Of a stretch of 64,000 bases of DNA, positions 1 through 11,786 are shown piece after piece. Origin of the DNA: Carcharhinus amblyrhynchos (Eukaryota); contig OZ336877.1 in NCBI GenBank assembly GCA_965287045.1, forward strand, positions 112,158,001-112,222,000, read 5' to 3'. The translations under genes were made by a program, and so were the position numbers. A model generated the notes under the pieces. The model worked only from the letters and a program-made list of their open reading frames with translations. It did no database searches and was not told where the DNA came from. Positions within the stretch are counted from its first letter, which is position 1. Every line of letters starts with the position of its first letter.

Positions 1-995
1 CAGAACGTTGGTTAGACCGCATTTGGAGTACTGCGTCCAGTTCTGGTCACCTTATTACCGGAAGGACGTGGAGTCTCTGGAAAGGGTGCAGAGGAGGTTT
101 ACCAGGATGTTGCCTGGCATGGGGGGACTGGGTTACGAGGAGAGACTGAAGAGACTGGGGCTATTCTCCTTGGAAAGAAGGAGATTGAGAGGGGACATGA
201 TAGAGGTATATAAGATACTGAAGGGAATAGATAGAGTTAATAGTGAGAGACTGCTCCCTAGACTGGGTACGAACACAAGAGGTCATCAATTAAGGGTGAG
301 GGGGGGGAGGTATAATTTGGAGGTAAGAGGAAGGTTCTTTACACAGAGAGTTGTGGGGGTCTGGAATGCGCTACCGAGTAGGGTGGTGGAGGCAGGCACG
401 TTGGACTCGTTTAAGATGCAGTTAGATAGACATATGAGTGAAACGGGAATGGAGGGATATGGTAGGGGCTATTAAATAGGGTAAACCTCAGGAGACACCG
501 GAAGGGCAGGCTGTATAACTAATATGTTTTGTCTTTATTCCACAGGTGGAGGTCCACCTCGTGTCAAGCGAGGGGCATGCACACGGCGGGTTGTGCGTGG
601 GCTGCTCTTGGAAGTCCAGGAGTGGCCTAGTACTTCATGTCGGTGTGTGTGCTTGATCCTGGACCGATAGACGGGCTCCACAACAGCTCAGTGACTAGCA
701 CTGCTAGCTGTGCAGATACATGGATTTGGGCCTGTGTCTGTGGGAGTTTGCGCATTCTCCCTGTGGTTGCGTGGGTTTCCTCCGGGCGCTCCGGTTTCCT
801 CCCACACCCCAAAGATGTGCTCTTAGGCTAATTGGTTTCCACCAAATTGACACTATTTCTTCCCTGAATCTGACTGAGTAGGGTCCCATTCGTAGACATG
901 CAGGGTAGAATAGGTGTAGGGCGATGCGGCGGCGCGGGCTCGTTGGGCCGAAGGGCCTGTTTCCCGTGCTGGGTTGTTCTTTGTTCTTTGTTCTT
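1..995 (+). mobile_element. Young CR1 LINE 3' end (ORF2 C-terminus to 475) with ~520-nt 3' UTR
   Basis: VRPHLEYCVQFWSP...LERVQRRFTRMLPG...FFTQRVVGVWNALP. Ends in the GGGCCGAAGGGCCT stem-loop and (TGTTCTT)n tail at ~945-995. Confidence 0.93.
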
Positions 996-1592
996 GTAAA
1001 ACTGCACACAATACTCTAAATTCAGCCTCACCTAATGTCTTATACAACCTCGCCATAACATTCCAACTCTCACACTCAATATTTTGATTTATAAAGGCCA
1101 ATGTACCAAAAGCACCCTTTATGACCCTATCTACATGTGACGCCACTTTTAGGGAATTACGTTTCTATATTCCCAGATCCCTCTGTTCTACTTCACTCTT
1201 CAGTGTCTGACCATTTACCTTGTATGTTCTACCTTGGTTTGTCCTTCCAAAGTCCAATACCTCACACTTGCCTGCATTAAACTCCATCTGCTATTTTTCA
1301 GCCCATTTTTCTAGCTGGTCCAAATCCCTCTGCAAGCTTTGAAAACCTTCCTCACCGTCCACTACACCTCCAATCTTTGTATCATCAGCAAATTTGCTGA
1401 TCCAATTTGTCACATTATCATCTAGATCACTGATACAGATGACAAACAACAATGGACCCAGCACTGATCCCTGTGGCACACCACTAGTCACAGGCCTCCA
1501 CCTCAGAGAAGCAATCCTCCACTACCACTCTCTGGCTTCTTCCATTGAGCCAATGTCTAATCCAATTTACTACCTCTCCATGCATACCTAAT
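996..1592 (-). mobile_element. Older CR1 LINE RT fragment, interrupted by the element at 1-995
   Basis: [17 protein letters not shown]...[10 protein letters not shown] and GTLAFINQNIE motifs with frameshifts. Confidence 0.9.
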
Positions 1593-2106
1593 TGTAGTTC
1601 ATGTGGTGAAGAAGTTCCCACAATACTATTGATTTTGACACAGCAATGTTTAAGGAATAGTAATACAAGGCAATTAGGGACAGGCAATAAACAGTGGCCT
1701 AGCCAGCACTGCCCACATCCCATGTAAGAATTTTTAAAAAATTCAATGTAGATTATATTGTCAAATGTAATTCTTGTGTTGGAAATGTGCTATCTCAGTT
1801 TCATTCATTTGTTTCATCTACATTTAATTTTCTGTTCTCTTCAGAATTCATCACAACTAAGGTCAAAGGGTTTCTTTACAGGATATGTTAAATTAATGAC
1901 TTGCTTATTTCATCAGATGGGCACAAAGATCCTTGGCAGCATTCAAAGCAGTAGGGAGAGCTTTCACAGACCTAATAGGCAGAACGGTCTCCTTTTGTGC
2001 TGCATCGCTCTAGGAATCTTTGGGAATCCTGGCCAACATTCCTTCCTTGGACAACACTGATGTAACCAAATAATTCATCAGCATTTCATAGAATCCCTAT
2101 AGTGCA

Positions 2107-3141
2107 AGCTATTACTAAAGTGAAAGAGACTGTTCTGAGAGATTTCCTCTTTGCCGATGACTGCGCCCTGTATGTTGGCTCACAGCCAGAGATGCAAGTC
2201 AGTATGGATAAATTTTCCACAGCTTGTGACAACTTTGGACTCACCATTAACATTAAAAAGACCGAAGTCATGCACCAGCCTGCTCCTCATGCACCATACA
2301 CAGAACCCATAATCACAATCAAAGGGCAGAAACTACAGGCAGTGGACCAGTTCACTTATCTTGGCAGTACCCTCTCCCAAGCAGTGACTATTGATACAGT
2401 AGTTAACTGCAGAATAGCAAAGGCAAATTCTGCTTTTGGTAGACTGTGCTCCACTGTATGGGAACGTCGAGGAATCAGTCCAGCAACAAAACTGAAGGTC
2501 TATAGCGCTGTGATACTCACTATGCCTGTGAAACGTGGACTGTGTATCAAAGGCATGCAAGACATCTCAATCGTTTCCACATGACTTGTCTTCGCAGAAT
2601 ATTACGCATCCGTTGGCAAGACAAAGTACCAGACACTGAAATTCTCTCCAGAGCAAGTCTACCATCCGTCCACATGCTGCTGATGAGAGCACAGACCCGT
2701 TGGGCAGGTCATGTCATCTGTATATCAGACGCGCGCATACCCAAGCAGCTCCTTTTTGGGGAACTCTCTGCTGGAAGATGCTCGCATGGAGGGCAGAAGA
2801 AATGTTTCAAAGACACACTCAAGACCTCCCTGAAGTCACCTGACATTGACACGACCACTTGGGAAACGCTGGCACAAAACTGCCCTACCTGGCACTGCCT
2901 CATCCACAAAAGGCTGTCAAGCTCACAAAGCAAGTGTATTGCTGAAGCACAACTTCAGCACAAGCTGCGCAAGTCTACAGCCACCAGCGCAACAACTACA
3001 GTGTCTACACAAGTCTGTCCAATACGTGCCAGGACATTCCATGCCCGAATTGGCCTGATCAATCATCTTCAGACACACTGCAACCAGCCTCAAAACGATT
3101 AATGGTGTCGAGGTCATCGATGACGATGGATGAGCAACAAC
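2107..3141 (+). mobile_element. 5'-truncated RTE-clade LINE with 8-bp TSD
   Basis: LFADDCAL, GLTINIKKTEVM, FTYLGS, RWAGHV and a C-terminal CP..RTFHARIGLINHLQTH motif; (CAA)-type tail. ATAGTGCA at both 2099-2106 and 3142-3149. Confidence 0.92.
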
Positions 3142-3149
3142 ATAGTGCA

Positions 3150-3432
3150 GGAGACCGCTATTTGGCCTATTATGCCTGAACGACAACAATCTCACCCAGG
3201 CCCGATTACTGTAAACCCACATATTTACCCTGCTAATACTTCTGACACAAAGGATGTGGCCAATCAACCGAACTCACACACTTTGGACTGTGGGAGGAAA
3301 CAGGAGCACCCAAAAGAAACCATGCAGACACAGGGAGATTATGCAAACTCCACACAGACATTGACTCGAGGCCAGAATTGAACCCATGTTCACGGTGCTA
3401 TGAGGCAGCAATAGTAACCACTGTGCCATCCC
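3150..3432 (-). mobile_element. HE1-like V-SINE (CR1-type tail); tail tip displaced to 2087-2106 by the RTE
   Basis: Reverse-complement tRNA-like head (gcacagtggttact...gggttcaatt) and V-domain (ggagtttgca...gtttcctcccacagtccaaag). Confidence 0.85.
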
Positions 3433-4847
3433 AGGTTTAAATATATCATTTGTTACTACACTACAATTCTCAACGGCAATTAGGGATAGGCAATAAATGC
3501 TTGTCTAGCATCCCTGAAAGAATAAAAATAGTATGGCTGCCATGTTTGCCTACATAAGTAATTGGAATGTTAATGGTTACGTAGCTCTCGAGACACCACC
3601 TTGATAATTTGCTAAGAGGTGATATGAATGGAAACTCCTTTCTCGGCTTCTAGTTTAGCGTACATGCATTTTCACAAGCATCTCTATCTCCACATATCTC
3701 AAAGTTTGATTAAGAATCGCTTGTGCGGTACAGTTTAAAATCCACATGACCCTCTGTCATGCTCTAAGATGAGAATTATCAGACAATATTACAATTACTC
3801 AGCTTGACTATTGTATTAAATTTCAAAGGGAACTACAATTTATACAGCATGTGAAAAGGATGGTGATTGGTTTGCAAGTAGACTCTGAAGGTAAAGGCAC
3901 TGCCATGGAGAATGCACCAGGGAACAGTTATCATTTGCTGTTCGTTTAATTGAAAAATTCATAAGATCTGGACACTGTTTGCAGAGGACTGGCCTGCATA
4001 TGAACGAGTTTAATGTAAGTGAACAACAGAGTGCAACTGATTAAATTAAATTGCTTGTTTATGCCATTTTTAGCATACTCGGAATTGTTCAGTAAATGCT
4101 GTCCAATGGGGAAAATCACATCCCATGTTGGATGCTATGCTCTGAGTTTTGCAAACACAGCCAGGTTGAGTACAGTCATACTCTGCCCATTGTGAATAGC
4201 CAAAGGAAGATGTATAATCCACTAGTTGTGGGCACATATGGCTCACATAACTGGCAGTGAAATTCATTTACCACATTAATCATTTGTGATAGGTAGAATG
4301 TCCTCTTGGCCTGATGGCAACATCCTGTTTGATTCACCTCACCTTGTAAATCAGTCATTTGCTCACCATTCTAGCTTGATGCCAAAATAGGGCTCATCAA
4401 ATCTTTCCTATGGGTTAATGGTGACCTGGGTCAGATCTTGCTCACTATATATTGTGCAAACCCATGAATGGGCCCAGGGTCTCCAATTTCAGGCCTGAAA
4501 TATGCCCAGTCTACCTCAAATTACCCGAGAAGAGTACAGTGCTTCAAAAAAATCTAAGAGCAGGTGAAGCCAGCTGTTTCACGCTGTTACAATGTAGTAG
4601 CAACACAAGTAGCATTCTCCACCAATAGGATGCAAGATAAAAAGCTTTGACATGTTTCTTCTTTTGGCAACAAAGCTGATTTTTTTTAAAAAGCTATCGT
4701 ACAGGTTTCAGGCCAAACCACATCCAACAATCTGCTCCAAAAATCCTGCTCAGAGACGAGACAAATTCCACCACAGTAGCTGAGACAATCCAAAACAGTT
4801 CAATTAAAAAAGTAAATTTAGCTCATATTCCAAGGTTAACAAGTTCT

Positions 4848-4990
4848 CTAAAAAGAAGGGGGTGGGGGGGGGAAAGAAAGAAAAGAGAAGGGGGGGGGGG
4901 GAGAAAGAAGAGAAGAGGGGAGGGAGAAAGAAAAAAAAAAGAGAAGAGAAGAAGGGGGGAGAAAGAAAGAGGGAGAGAGTAGAGAGGTTT
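4848..4990. repeat. Purine-rich low-complexity tract (G/A)
   Basis: Runs of G, A and GA/GAA units. Confidence 0.9.
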
Positions 4991-5213
4991 TGTCTTTGTT
5001 AAACTGTTTTGATTGTACATTAATATTTATTTCCAAACTTCAAACGTAAAATGGTGAGCTGGTTAATAATTTTACTTTGAAGAACATAAGTACAACTAAC
5101 TTCACCTATAATTTTATTGACATCTTAAATTGGCTAAATATTGCAGAAGAAATGCTCAAGGTAGTACAATTACAAGAGGAATAAAAGAACCGATGTTTAA
5201 CACGTCATTGTAC

Positions 5214-5782
5214 CTTTTACATCCGGGTCATCTATGTGTGGTTCTAAGTTCTCCAGCATTTCTTCCAGTTCTTTTCTAGTGGCGGTGCTAAAGCTTGGAC
5301 AGTCTAACACTTCTTCCCGTGTTGAATCTTTGCTTTTCTGCTTATCTGAACATTGTGGCAGCTCTAGTTCCAAGTCAAGATCTATTGTAGGGATAGGAGT
5401 CCTCCAATAATGGAATGAGTTGTACATGTCCTCCAAAATTACAGTCTTTTCTGAACTGGACCCAGATTTTTGTGAAGACAAGATTGAATTTGTACTGTCT
5501 GAATTTGGCAACTGACTTTTGCCAACAACGCCTCGTATTTCAGATGATCCAGATTTAGTACATACATATGAATCAGAGTGTGATTGTAATGATGTTGCCT
5601 GGGCATGAATGGCATCACTTCTACATTCACCAACATGGTTTGGTTTATCTTTTAGGGAGAGTTCAGTAGTTGCATTTACTGATTCCACAGTACAAGAGCT
5701 AAAGCTTGAACTTTGTTGTTTCGTTTCAACGAGATCAACAGCTCCATCTGCAACTTTTGATGATTCTGCTGCATGTTTTACA
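5214..5782 (-). CDS. PPP4R1: PPP4R1 coding exon 11 (569 nt, low-complexity linker exon)
   Basis: ttcaccttag|T GTA AAA CAT...GTA AAA G|gtacaa; open frame with PPP4R1 motifs YNSFHYWRTPIPTIDLDLEL and ATRKELEEMLENLEPHIDDPDVK. The acceptor was inferred from phase. Confidence 0.9.
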
Positions 5783-6189
5783 CTAAGGTGAAAGATAACA
5801 GCTCCATTATTTCATCAATAATAGCAAAAATCTAGGGTAAAAAAATTACTTCACAGCCACAGTCTAGGTAAAATGTTATTTCACAGCTTCAGTTCTTGTA
5901 ATTTTAAAACATCTTGAACATGGTAAACACAAGAATTGAGCTTGATAACCCCATTGGAAAGCACTAAATTACCCAAAAGTTATCCTCTGGGTTAACGCAC
6001 CTAAAAATGAACAAATTAATCTTCCAATAAAGCTGGCTACTGAGAGATTAACTACAAGTCTTAGTGACAAGACAAAACTTGAAATAAAAGTCTTCCTTTC
6101 AGTCCCAGACTTTAAAAATGTACTTTGAAATGAGTCAGTGCACACCATTTAATTTCTTGTAGAATGAGTAGCAAATATAGACTACCCAT

Positions 6190-6290
6190 AACCAAAAGAG
6201 AAAACACTGGAAAATCTCAGCAGGTCTAGCAGCATCTGTGAGGAGAGAAAAGTGCTGACTTTGAGTCCAGATGACCTTTTGTCAAAGCTA
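6190..6290 (-). mobile_element. Penelope-type terminal-repeat remnant with decayed hammerhead core (family P2)
   Basis: Minus strand ttgacaa-aaggtcatctggactc-aaa-gtcagc...cacagatgctgctagacctgctgagattttccag; homologous to 59720-59830 and 9310-9400. Confidence 0.6.
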
Positions 6291-6466
6291 CCCATAAATT
6301 GACAGTTCTTAAAAAATATCAGCTTTCCTCCCATTTAAGTTTCTGAAACAATACATTATTCTTGATTTAGCAGTCAAATCTCTAAATGATAATTCAGGGA
6401 GTTTTACCCATCTTATTTTTCTCTTGCATCAGACAGTATTGCCTGGCTTGTGAACTCTCAGTGAGG

Positions 6467-7663
6467 AACTGTGGGTTTGATGGTCCTGCACACGGTCTCA
6501 CTTAATGTGATATGGTCTACTTGTGCAATGCATTCTGTGCCAAAATGTTGCACTACAGTTTGAAATGGATGTGGCTATGGACATCTAGTTAACGCTGCAT
6601 GGTTCAATATTAGAGTTTTTACAAATATTCACAAGTAAAGGATGAGATTACAGAAGCAAGAGGGTTTTCCTTGTTCGGGTTCCATTGACGTGAAAGCCTT
6701 AGAAAATAACATGCTGACCAGAAAGTCCTTTTTTGCATAGCACAATTTTCAAGTTTGGTCTTAGCTTCAAGATTCTATCCTGAGTAGATATTCGCACCTG
6801 CAACTCATTCCAGACTTAGTACTCCAAAAGTTATTTCACCCATCCTTTTAATTTTAATTAATCAAAATTCATATCAATTTTTTCCCTGCACTCACCCATT
6901 TTGTCACCGATTCCCAGCTCTCAAATATAAAATTCCCATCCAGTTCATTGATGACCTCGCTGCCCTCCTAACCCTATAACTTTAAACAGTCTGACATCTT
7001 CTACCCACCATTGTTTCTGTGCAATATACCTCTACTTTCTTTCCATGATTAGCAACAATGTTTAGCTAGAGGTTGGACGCTCTGAAACTTCCTTTCTAAA
7101 TTCCCTTCAAAACCCTTTTCACGTTTGTCCTTAAACCCTAATAAGTCCTTTAGCTATTCATCCAATTTTTTCATAATTGCATCTTTCCATCAGCCTAAGC
7201 ATATAAATGGTCAAGGGCACTAAGGGAGAGCTATACCATTTTTATTGTACCATCGCAAGTAAACTGTGGCCAGACACAAAAATTTTTTTTTGTTTAAAGC
7301 AATGAACGGTCTTTAAAAGCATTCTTCATAAACTAATGCACTATTGATAAAATAATCCCTGAAAATATTCTGAGGCAAAATGTTGCATCGTAATTTGAAA
7401 TGGATGTGACAGAATATTTTCCAAGACATTCACGTCAGTGAAGCCAGAACAAGGAAAACCCACTTTGTTTTGTGATCACATCCTTCACTTGTGGATACTT
7501 GTAAAAACTTTAATATTGAACCATGCAGCGTTAACTAGGTGCCTGCAGCCATATCCTCACTTATTTCAAACTACAATGCAACATTTTGGGTCAAAGTGCA
7601 TTGCACAAGCAGGGCACATCACAATTAAGTGAGACAGTGTGCAGAGCCACCAAACCCAGAGTT
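6467..7663. repeat. Inverted repeat, arms ~6467-6710 and ~7413-7663
   Basis: Reverse complement of arm 1 aligns to arm 2 throughout, e.g. shared taatattgaaccatgcagcgttaactag and gaacaaggaaaaccc. Confidence 0.9.
6880..7190 (+). mobile_element. Highly decayed L2-like 3' fragment inside the foldback spacer
   Basis: Pyrimidine-rich, with weak resemblance to the L2 3' end (aaattcccatcc...gacctcgctgccctccta...ctctgaaacttcctttctaaa). Confidence 0.35.
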
Positions 7664-8739
7664 GGAGGTCCATAACTTGAAGCACCATTTGTCTTCTCAG
7701 GTGTATGAAAATAATTCCATGTTACCATTTAAAATAGAGCACCTTTTTCTTCCATTACAACCAAAAATAGAGTCTCTGATGATACACTCAGTATCAGACT
7801 TTTACACATTACCAACTGTATTTCAGAGTAATCCAATAATTGTAAAAAAAGTGCTAAAGACTCATGATGCAAAGCTATTTATTCACACACGACCATGGTC
7901 ATATTCAAGGGTATACCATGCAAAATCATAACCCTTATTTTAGCACTGTAGAGCTTTAATCATAATATTGGATCTGCTACTTTGACAATATTCCCCAGAT
8001 TTCTTTAGGTATTAGTGGTGAAACCAGTTTTAATACCTGGACAACATGCCAATGAAGGTAACTTAGCAAAACCATGTGTAATTATAAAAGCATCTGCATT
8101 TCAAGGATTACATGACAGGAGGGTTTTAACGTTATAAAGCTACTAGTATTACAAAGTCACTTCAATTAATGTAGTAGGGTCCTGTGGACATTGGAATATA
8201 CAGAAAATGCAGCTGTAATGGTTAAAATATCGTTTTTATTAAGAAAGCTCAGTAACAGCACAGGATATATTCAATGTTCATACTGTCCTTTGCAATGTTA
8301 AGGGTCAACAGAATACTGGAAACAAATGTTGCTTTAGAATAAGCATTTAACTCCTCTATAGATACTTAATACAAACACTTAATTTTCAAAATGAAGGGCA
8401 CTTCATTGCCCAGCATGGATATCACCTAAAGGAACACATATCAGTACTCTGGTATAACATTAATTAAAATGATTCACAATGACGAGGCCATCAGTATATT
8501 TTCAGGGATTATTTTATCAATAGTGCACTAGTTTATGAAGAATGCTTTTAATTACCGTTCATCGTTTTAAAAAAAATCAGGCGTGCCTGGCTACGGTTTA
8601 ACTGCAAAAGTCTTCAAGCTAATCTCAGCCACGAAGAGAAAAAATGTAACAGAAGGGCACCAAAGAGAAAAATGGTAAGGAACAAACTTAACATACGCCA
8701 TTCAAGTTACTTCCCTGCAGAGTAAAATAGCTGAGAGTA

Positions 8740-9015
8740 TAGCAGTGTAGTAGTCAGGTTATATGACTAATAAATCAGAGGAATGGACTAAAACTACAGG
8801 ACCCAAGCTCAAATCACACCACTGCAGTTTGGTGAATTTGAATTGACGTACAAGTCCCCTATCCTTGAGGGAAGAAAACCTGTTGTTCTTACCTGCCCTG
8901 GCCTAAACAACTTGGATCCCACACCAACATAACTGCCTCTTAAATGGCAAAACAAGCCACTCAATGGTACAAGAAAATTAGGGATGGGTAATAAAGGCAA
9001 TCATCCTGAGAATTA
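8740..9015 (+). mobile_element. Second SINE family (SINE-B), decayed
   Basis: gggaagaaaacctg..cttacctg..ctggccta..aagccactca..aattagggatgggtaataaa; homologous to 15445-15828, 52545-52848 and 59645-60162. Confidence 0.75.
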
Positions 9016-9086
9016 ACAAAATGACATGCTTCAAATACTTCAAAACTTAAATACAAAAAAGTAAAAGTACTGATCACAGAGTATAC

Positions 9087-9229
9087 CTGTTATGGTTTTC
9101 TGTCCCTTTACTTTGCGATACATTCTTGGAAGAAAGCAAATCTTCCTCTTTGAAGTAATGGCCAGCACCAGAAGAGCCAGCAAAGGTTGAGATAAAGGGC
9201 CCTAATGACTGAAAGGCAGCTTGACGAAC
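9087..9229 (-). CDS. PPP4R1: PPP4R1 coding exon 10 (143 nt)
   Basis: ttgcag|GTT CGT CAA...AAC AG|gtatac; VRQAAFQSLGPFISTFAGSSGAGHYFKEEDLLSSKNVSQSKGTENHN. Confidence 0.93.
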
Positions 9230-9661
9230 CTGCAAATCAGAGTATTACAGGGTTAAAAACATTGCCTACTTTATACAGCTTCCAGTAAACTACCTTGCAT
9301 TGCTAAGAATAAAAACAGAAAACGTCCCAAAGACTCAGCAGCTCAGGCATCTTTTGTGGAGAGAGAAACAAGAGTAAGTAAGTTTCACCAGAATTGGAAG
9401 AAGTTGGGAGAAACCGCAGCTTTTAGAGGTTGAAACTGTGTTTGGGGAAGTGGACAGGGAAAAGGCAGCTAGTTTAACAAATTAAATTGGTATATTTATT
9501 TCTTAAGAGTTGCAATCATTTAGTGTCCCAGCTGACTATATGTAAAATATAAACAAGTTAATTTAAAATAAAATGCTCATTTTGCCTCAAAATCTTGAGT
9601 GTTGCCCCCTCTTGCATTTATGGCACCATACATCTTGGGAGCCTACAATCTGCACATCAAG

Positions 9662-9662
<1 letters not shown>

Positions 9663-9732
<70 letters not shown>
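9663..9732. repeat. (TG)35 microsatellite
   Basis: Perfect TG dinucleotide run of 70 nt. Confidence 0.98.
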
Positions 9733-9735
<3 letters not shown>

Positions 9736-10154
9736 TCTTCATTTGCTCTCTTCGCCATTATAAATTTGATGTTTTTGGCCTGTGATTGAGATTCTGTGAA
9801 AAATGCAATTCCATTTGACCACTGGCATCTTCTTGCACAGCCCCACTTTTAACCAATGAGAAACCTGACAGGAAATGAACTGGATTACTCCCATTTCCTG
9901 TAGCAATTGCACAGGCCAAGGATAATGCCAAGCAGATTTGCTGTTTATGTTAAGGTAGAACATTGGAGTTAGGGATCAGGGCAATTGAACAGGTCAGGGG
10001 AAAATACTTGAAAAAAAAACTGAGGACAGAGCAGTCAGCAAGAAATCCAGAAAGGAAATTGAACGCTTGCAATAAAGCAAGAAATGCTTGCTAGTGAGTA
10101 ATTCCATGACAATGGGTGATATTTGGACTGAGATTAGGGAGTAGGAAGTTCTAA

Positions 10155-10463
10155 GGACAGCACAGTGGTTATCACTGCTGCCTCACAGCGCCAGGGACCT
10201 GGGTTCGATTCCCAGCTTGGGTCACTGTCTGTGTGCAGTTTGCATGTTCTTTGTCTGACTGCGTGGGTTTCCTTTGGGTGCTCTGAATTCGTCCAAAAGT
10301 CCAAAGATGTCCAGGTTAGGTGGACTGGCCATGCTAAATTGCCCCTTAGTGTCAGGGGATGAGATGGGGTAAATGGGGTTATGGGGATAGGACCTGGGTG
10401 GGATTGTGGTCAGAACAGACTAGATGGGCTGAATAGCCGCCTTCTACACTGTACGATTCTATA
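10155..10463 (+). mobile_element. Full-length HE1-like V-SINE with CR1-type tail
   Basis: A-box-like cagtggttatcact, B-box gggttcgattccc, V-domain, and tail gatgggctgaatagccgccttctacactgtacgattctat. Confidence 0.92.
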
Positions 10464-10718
10464 ATGCAGCTAATGACATATCTGAAATTTTTGCCCTTCG
10501 TGAAAAGCAAATGTCTGGTACCTGTTAGGAAGAAAAACAAATTATTTTGGTGCCAACTAGAAGTTCAGACATGGCCCTACAGATGTAAAAACACCGCATT
10601 GAGTAGGATGATGTATGGTCAGTTCAATACGGAAAATTCCAGAACTAACACAAACATGATCATTACATTGCTGATCTACTAAAGCTTCAGAACATACAGA
10701 AAAGACATTGCACCTCAC

Positions 10719-10877
10719 CCATCGTGAAGGGTCGCTGATCAGGTTAATGAAGAGTGAAGAAAGTTTTGTTCTCCGAACTTCCTGAGAGGTTGCACAAGAA
10801 ATGCCCATAAAGCATTCGGCACATGCTTTCCGCACTCCCCACACATTATCAGAGCAGAGCTGGAAGAACCTGGGTAA
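10719..10877 (-). CDS. PPP4R1: PPP4R1 coding exon 9 (159 nt)
   Basis: gtgcag|TTA CCC AGG...TGG|gtgagg; LPRFFQLCSDNVWGVRKACAECFMGISCATSQEVRRTKLSSLFINLISDPSRW (HEAT repeats). Confidence 0.97.
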
Positions 10878-11774
10878 CTGCACAGAAAAATCCAAGGGAA
10901 TGGGGTTTTCAGTTATGATTGACATTTCACTTCAGAGGGGAGGTTTTTTTGAACATCACCGTCACCGCATTTAAAGATGGTCATTACAGATGTTGGGTTA
11001 TAGCTGCATGAAAGCAAACATTTCAAACTTTCGTTTTTGGGCCTTGGCAACAAACATTCAGGAGCATCATACATTAATTCAAAATAAACTTAATCAATTT
11101 CTAATTTTATTCAAGGGATCAGTAAAATTTTGATAATTTGTTCTTGCATTTGCAAAAAAAATTGCTCCACGACACTTGGTTAAATAGGTATTAGAACAAA
11201 AGCAGGGATGTTCTCAACAGTCCCAATATTGAACATTAATTTCAATGCAATGTGCCTGAGGGAATTTGTTCTCAAAATCTAAAATGAAAAAAAAAACACT
11301 GACTAACTTATTTGAGACATACATGGAATATAGTTCAAATTCTATTTTATCACATTTCAATTGTGGTCAGTTCAAAATTCCATTTAATTTTAAGGCCCAC
11401 TCCCCAAGAGCTGGAAGCAACTAGTAAAAAGCAAAACATGAATTCCACTGATAATTGAGTAAATGCATTGCCTAGTGTGTTACTGAGCTTTATACATTAA
11501 AGTTATTCATGACTCAAATTCTGGTTTGTCCTTACTCATCTGATTCAGTATTACAATTGATCTCTGTGTCTCTATAATTGAGAAGGGTTCCTGCACAGAT
11601 TTCTATCCACTGTCCCCACAAAGTGAATGCTTTTGAGCAAGGATCAGATTTAATCCCCCCACCCCATCATCATGCATGGTCAAATATCCTGCTGACACTC
11701 ACTGTCAAGGTTCATACATTAATAGTGGTTCATTGTGAATTACCCGAAAGCTGCCGGCACCTGTCGAACCTTAC

Positions 11775-11786
11775 CTCAGGATAAGC
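11775..11786 (-). CDS. PPP4R1: Candidate alternative 12-nt microexon of PPP4R1 (Ala-Tyr-Pro-Glu) in intron 8
   Basis: ~55-nt AG-free pyrimidine tract, then gaag|GCT TAT CCT GAG|gtaagg; in frame in a phase-0 intron. No transcript evidence available. Confidence 0.5.

Noticed and set aside
1-5213. PPP4R1 exon 12 (expected AQVEVLSAAL-like)
   Set aside because: Not found by eye; presumably left of the window.
9573-9789. ORFs with poly-(CV) tracts
   Set aside because: Translation of the (TG)n microsatellite.
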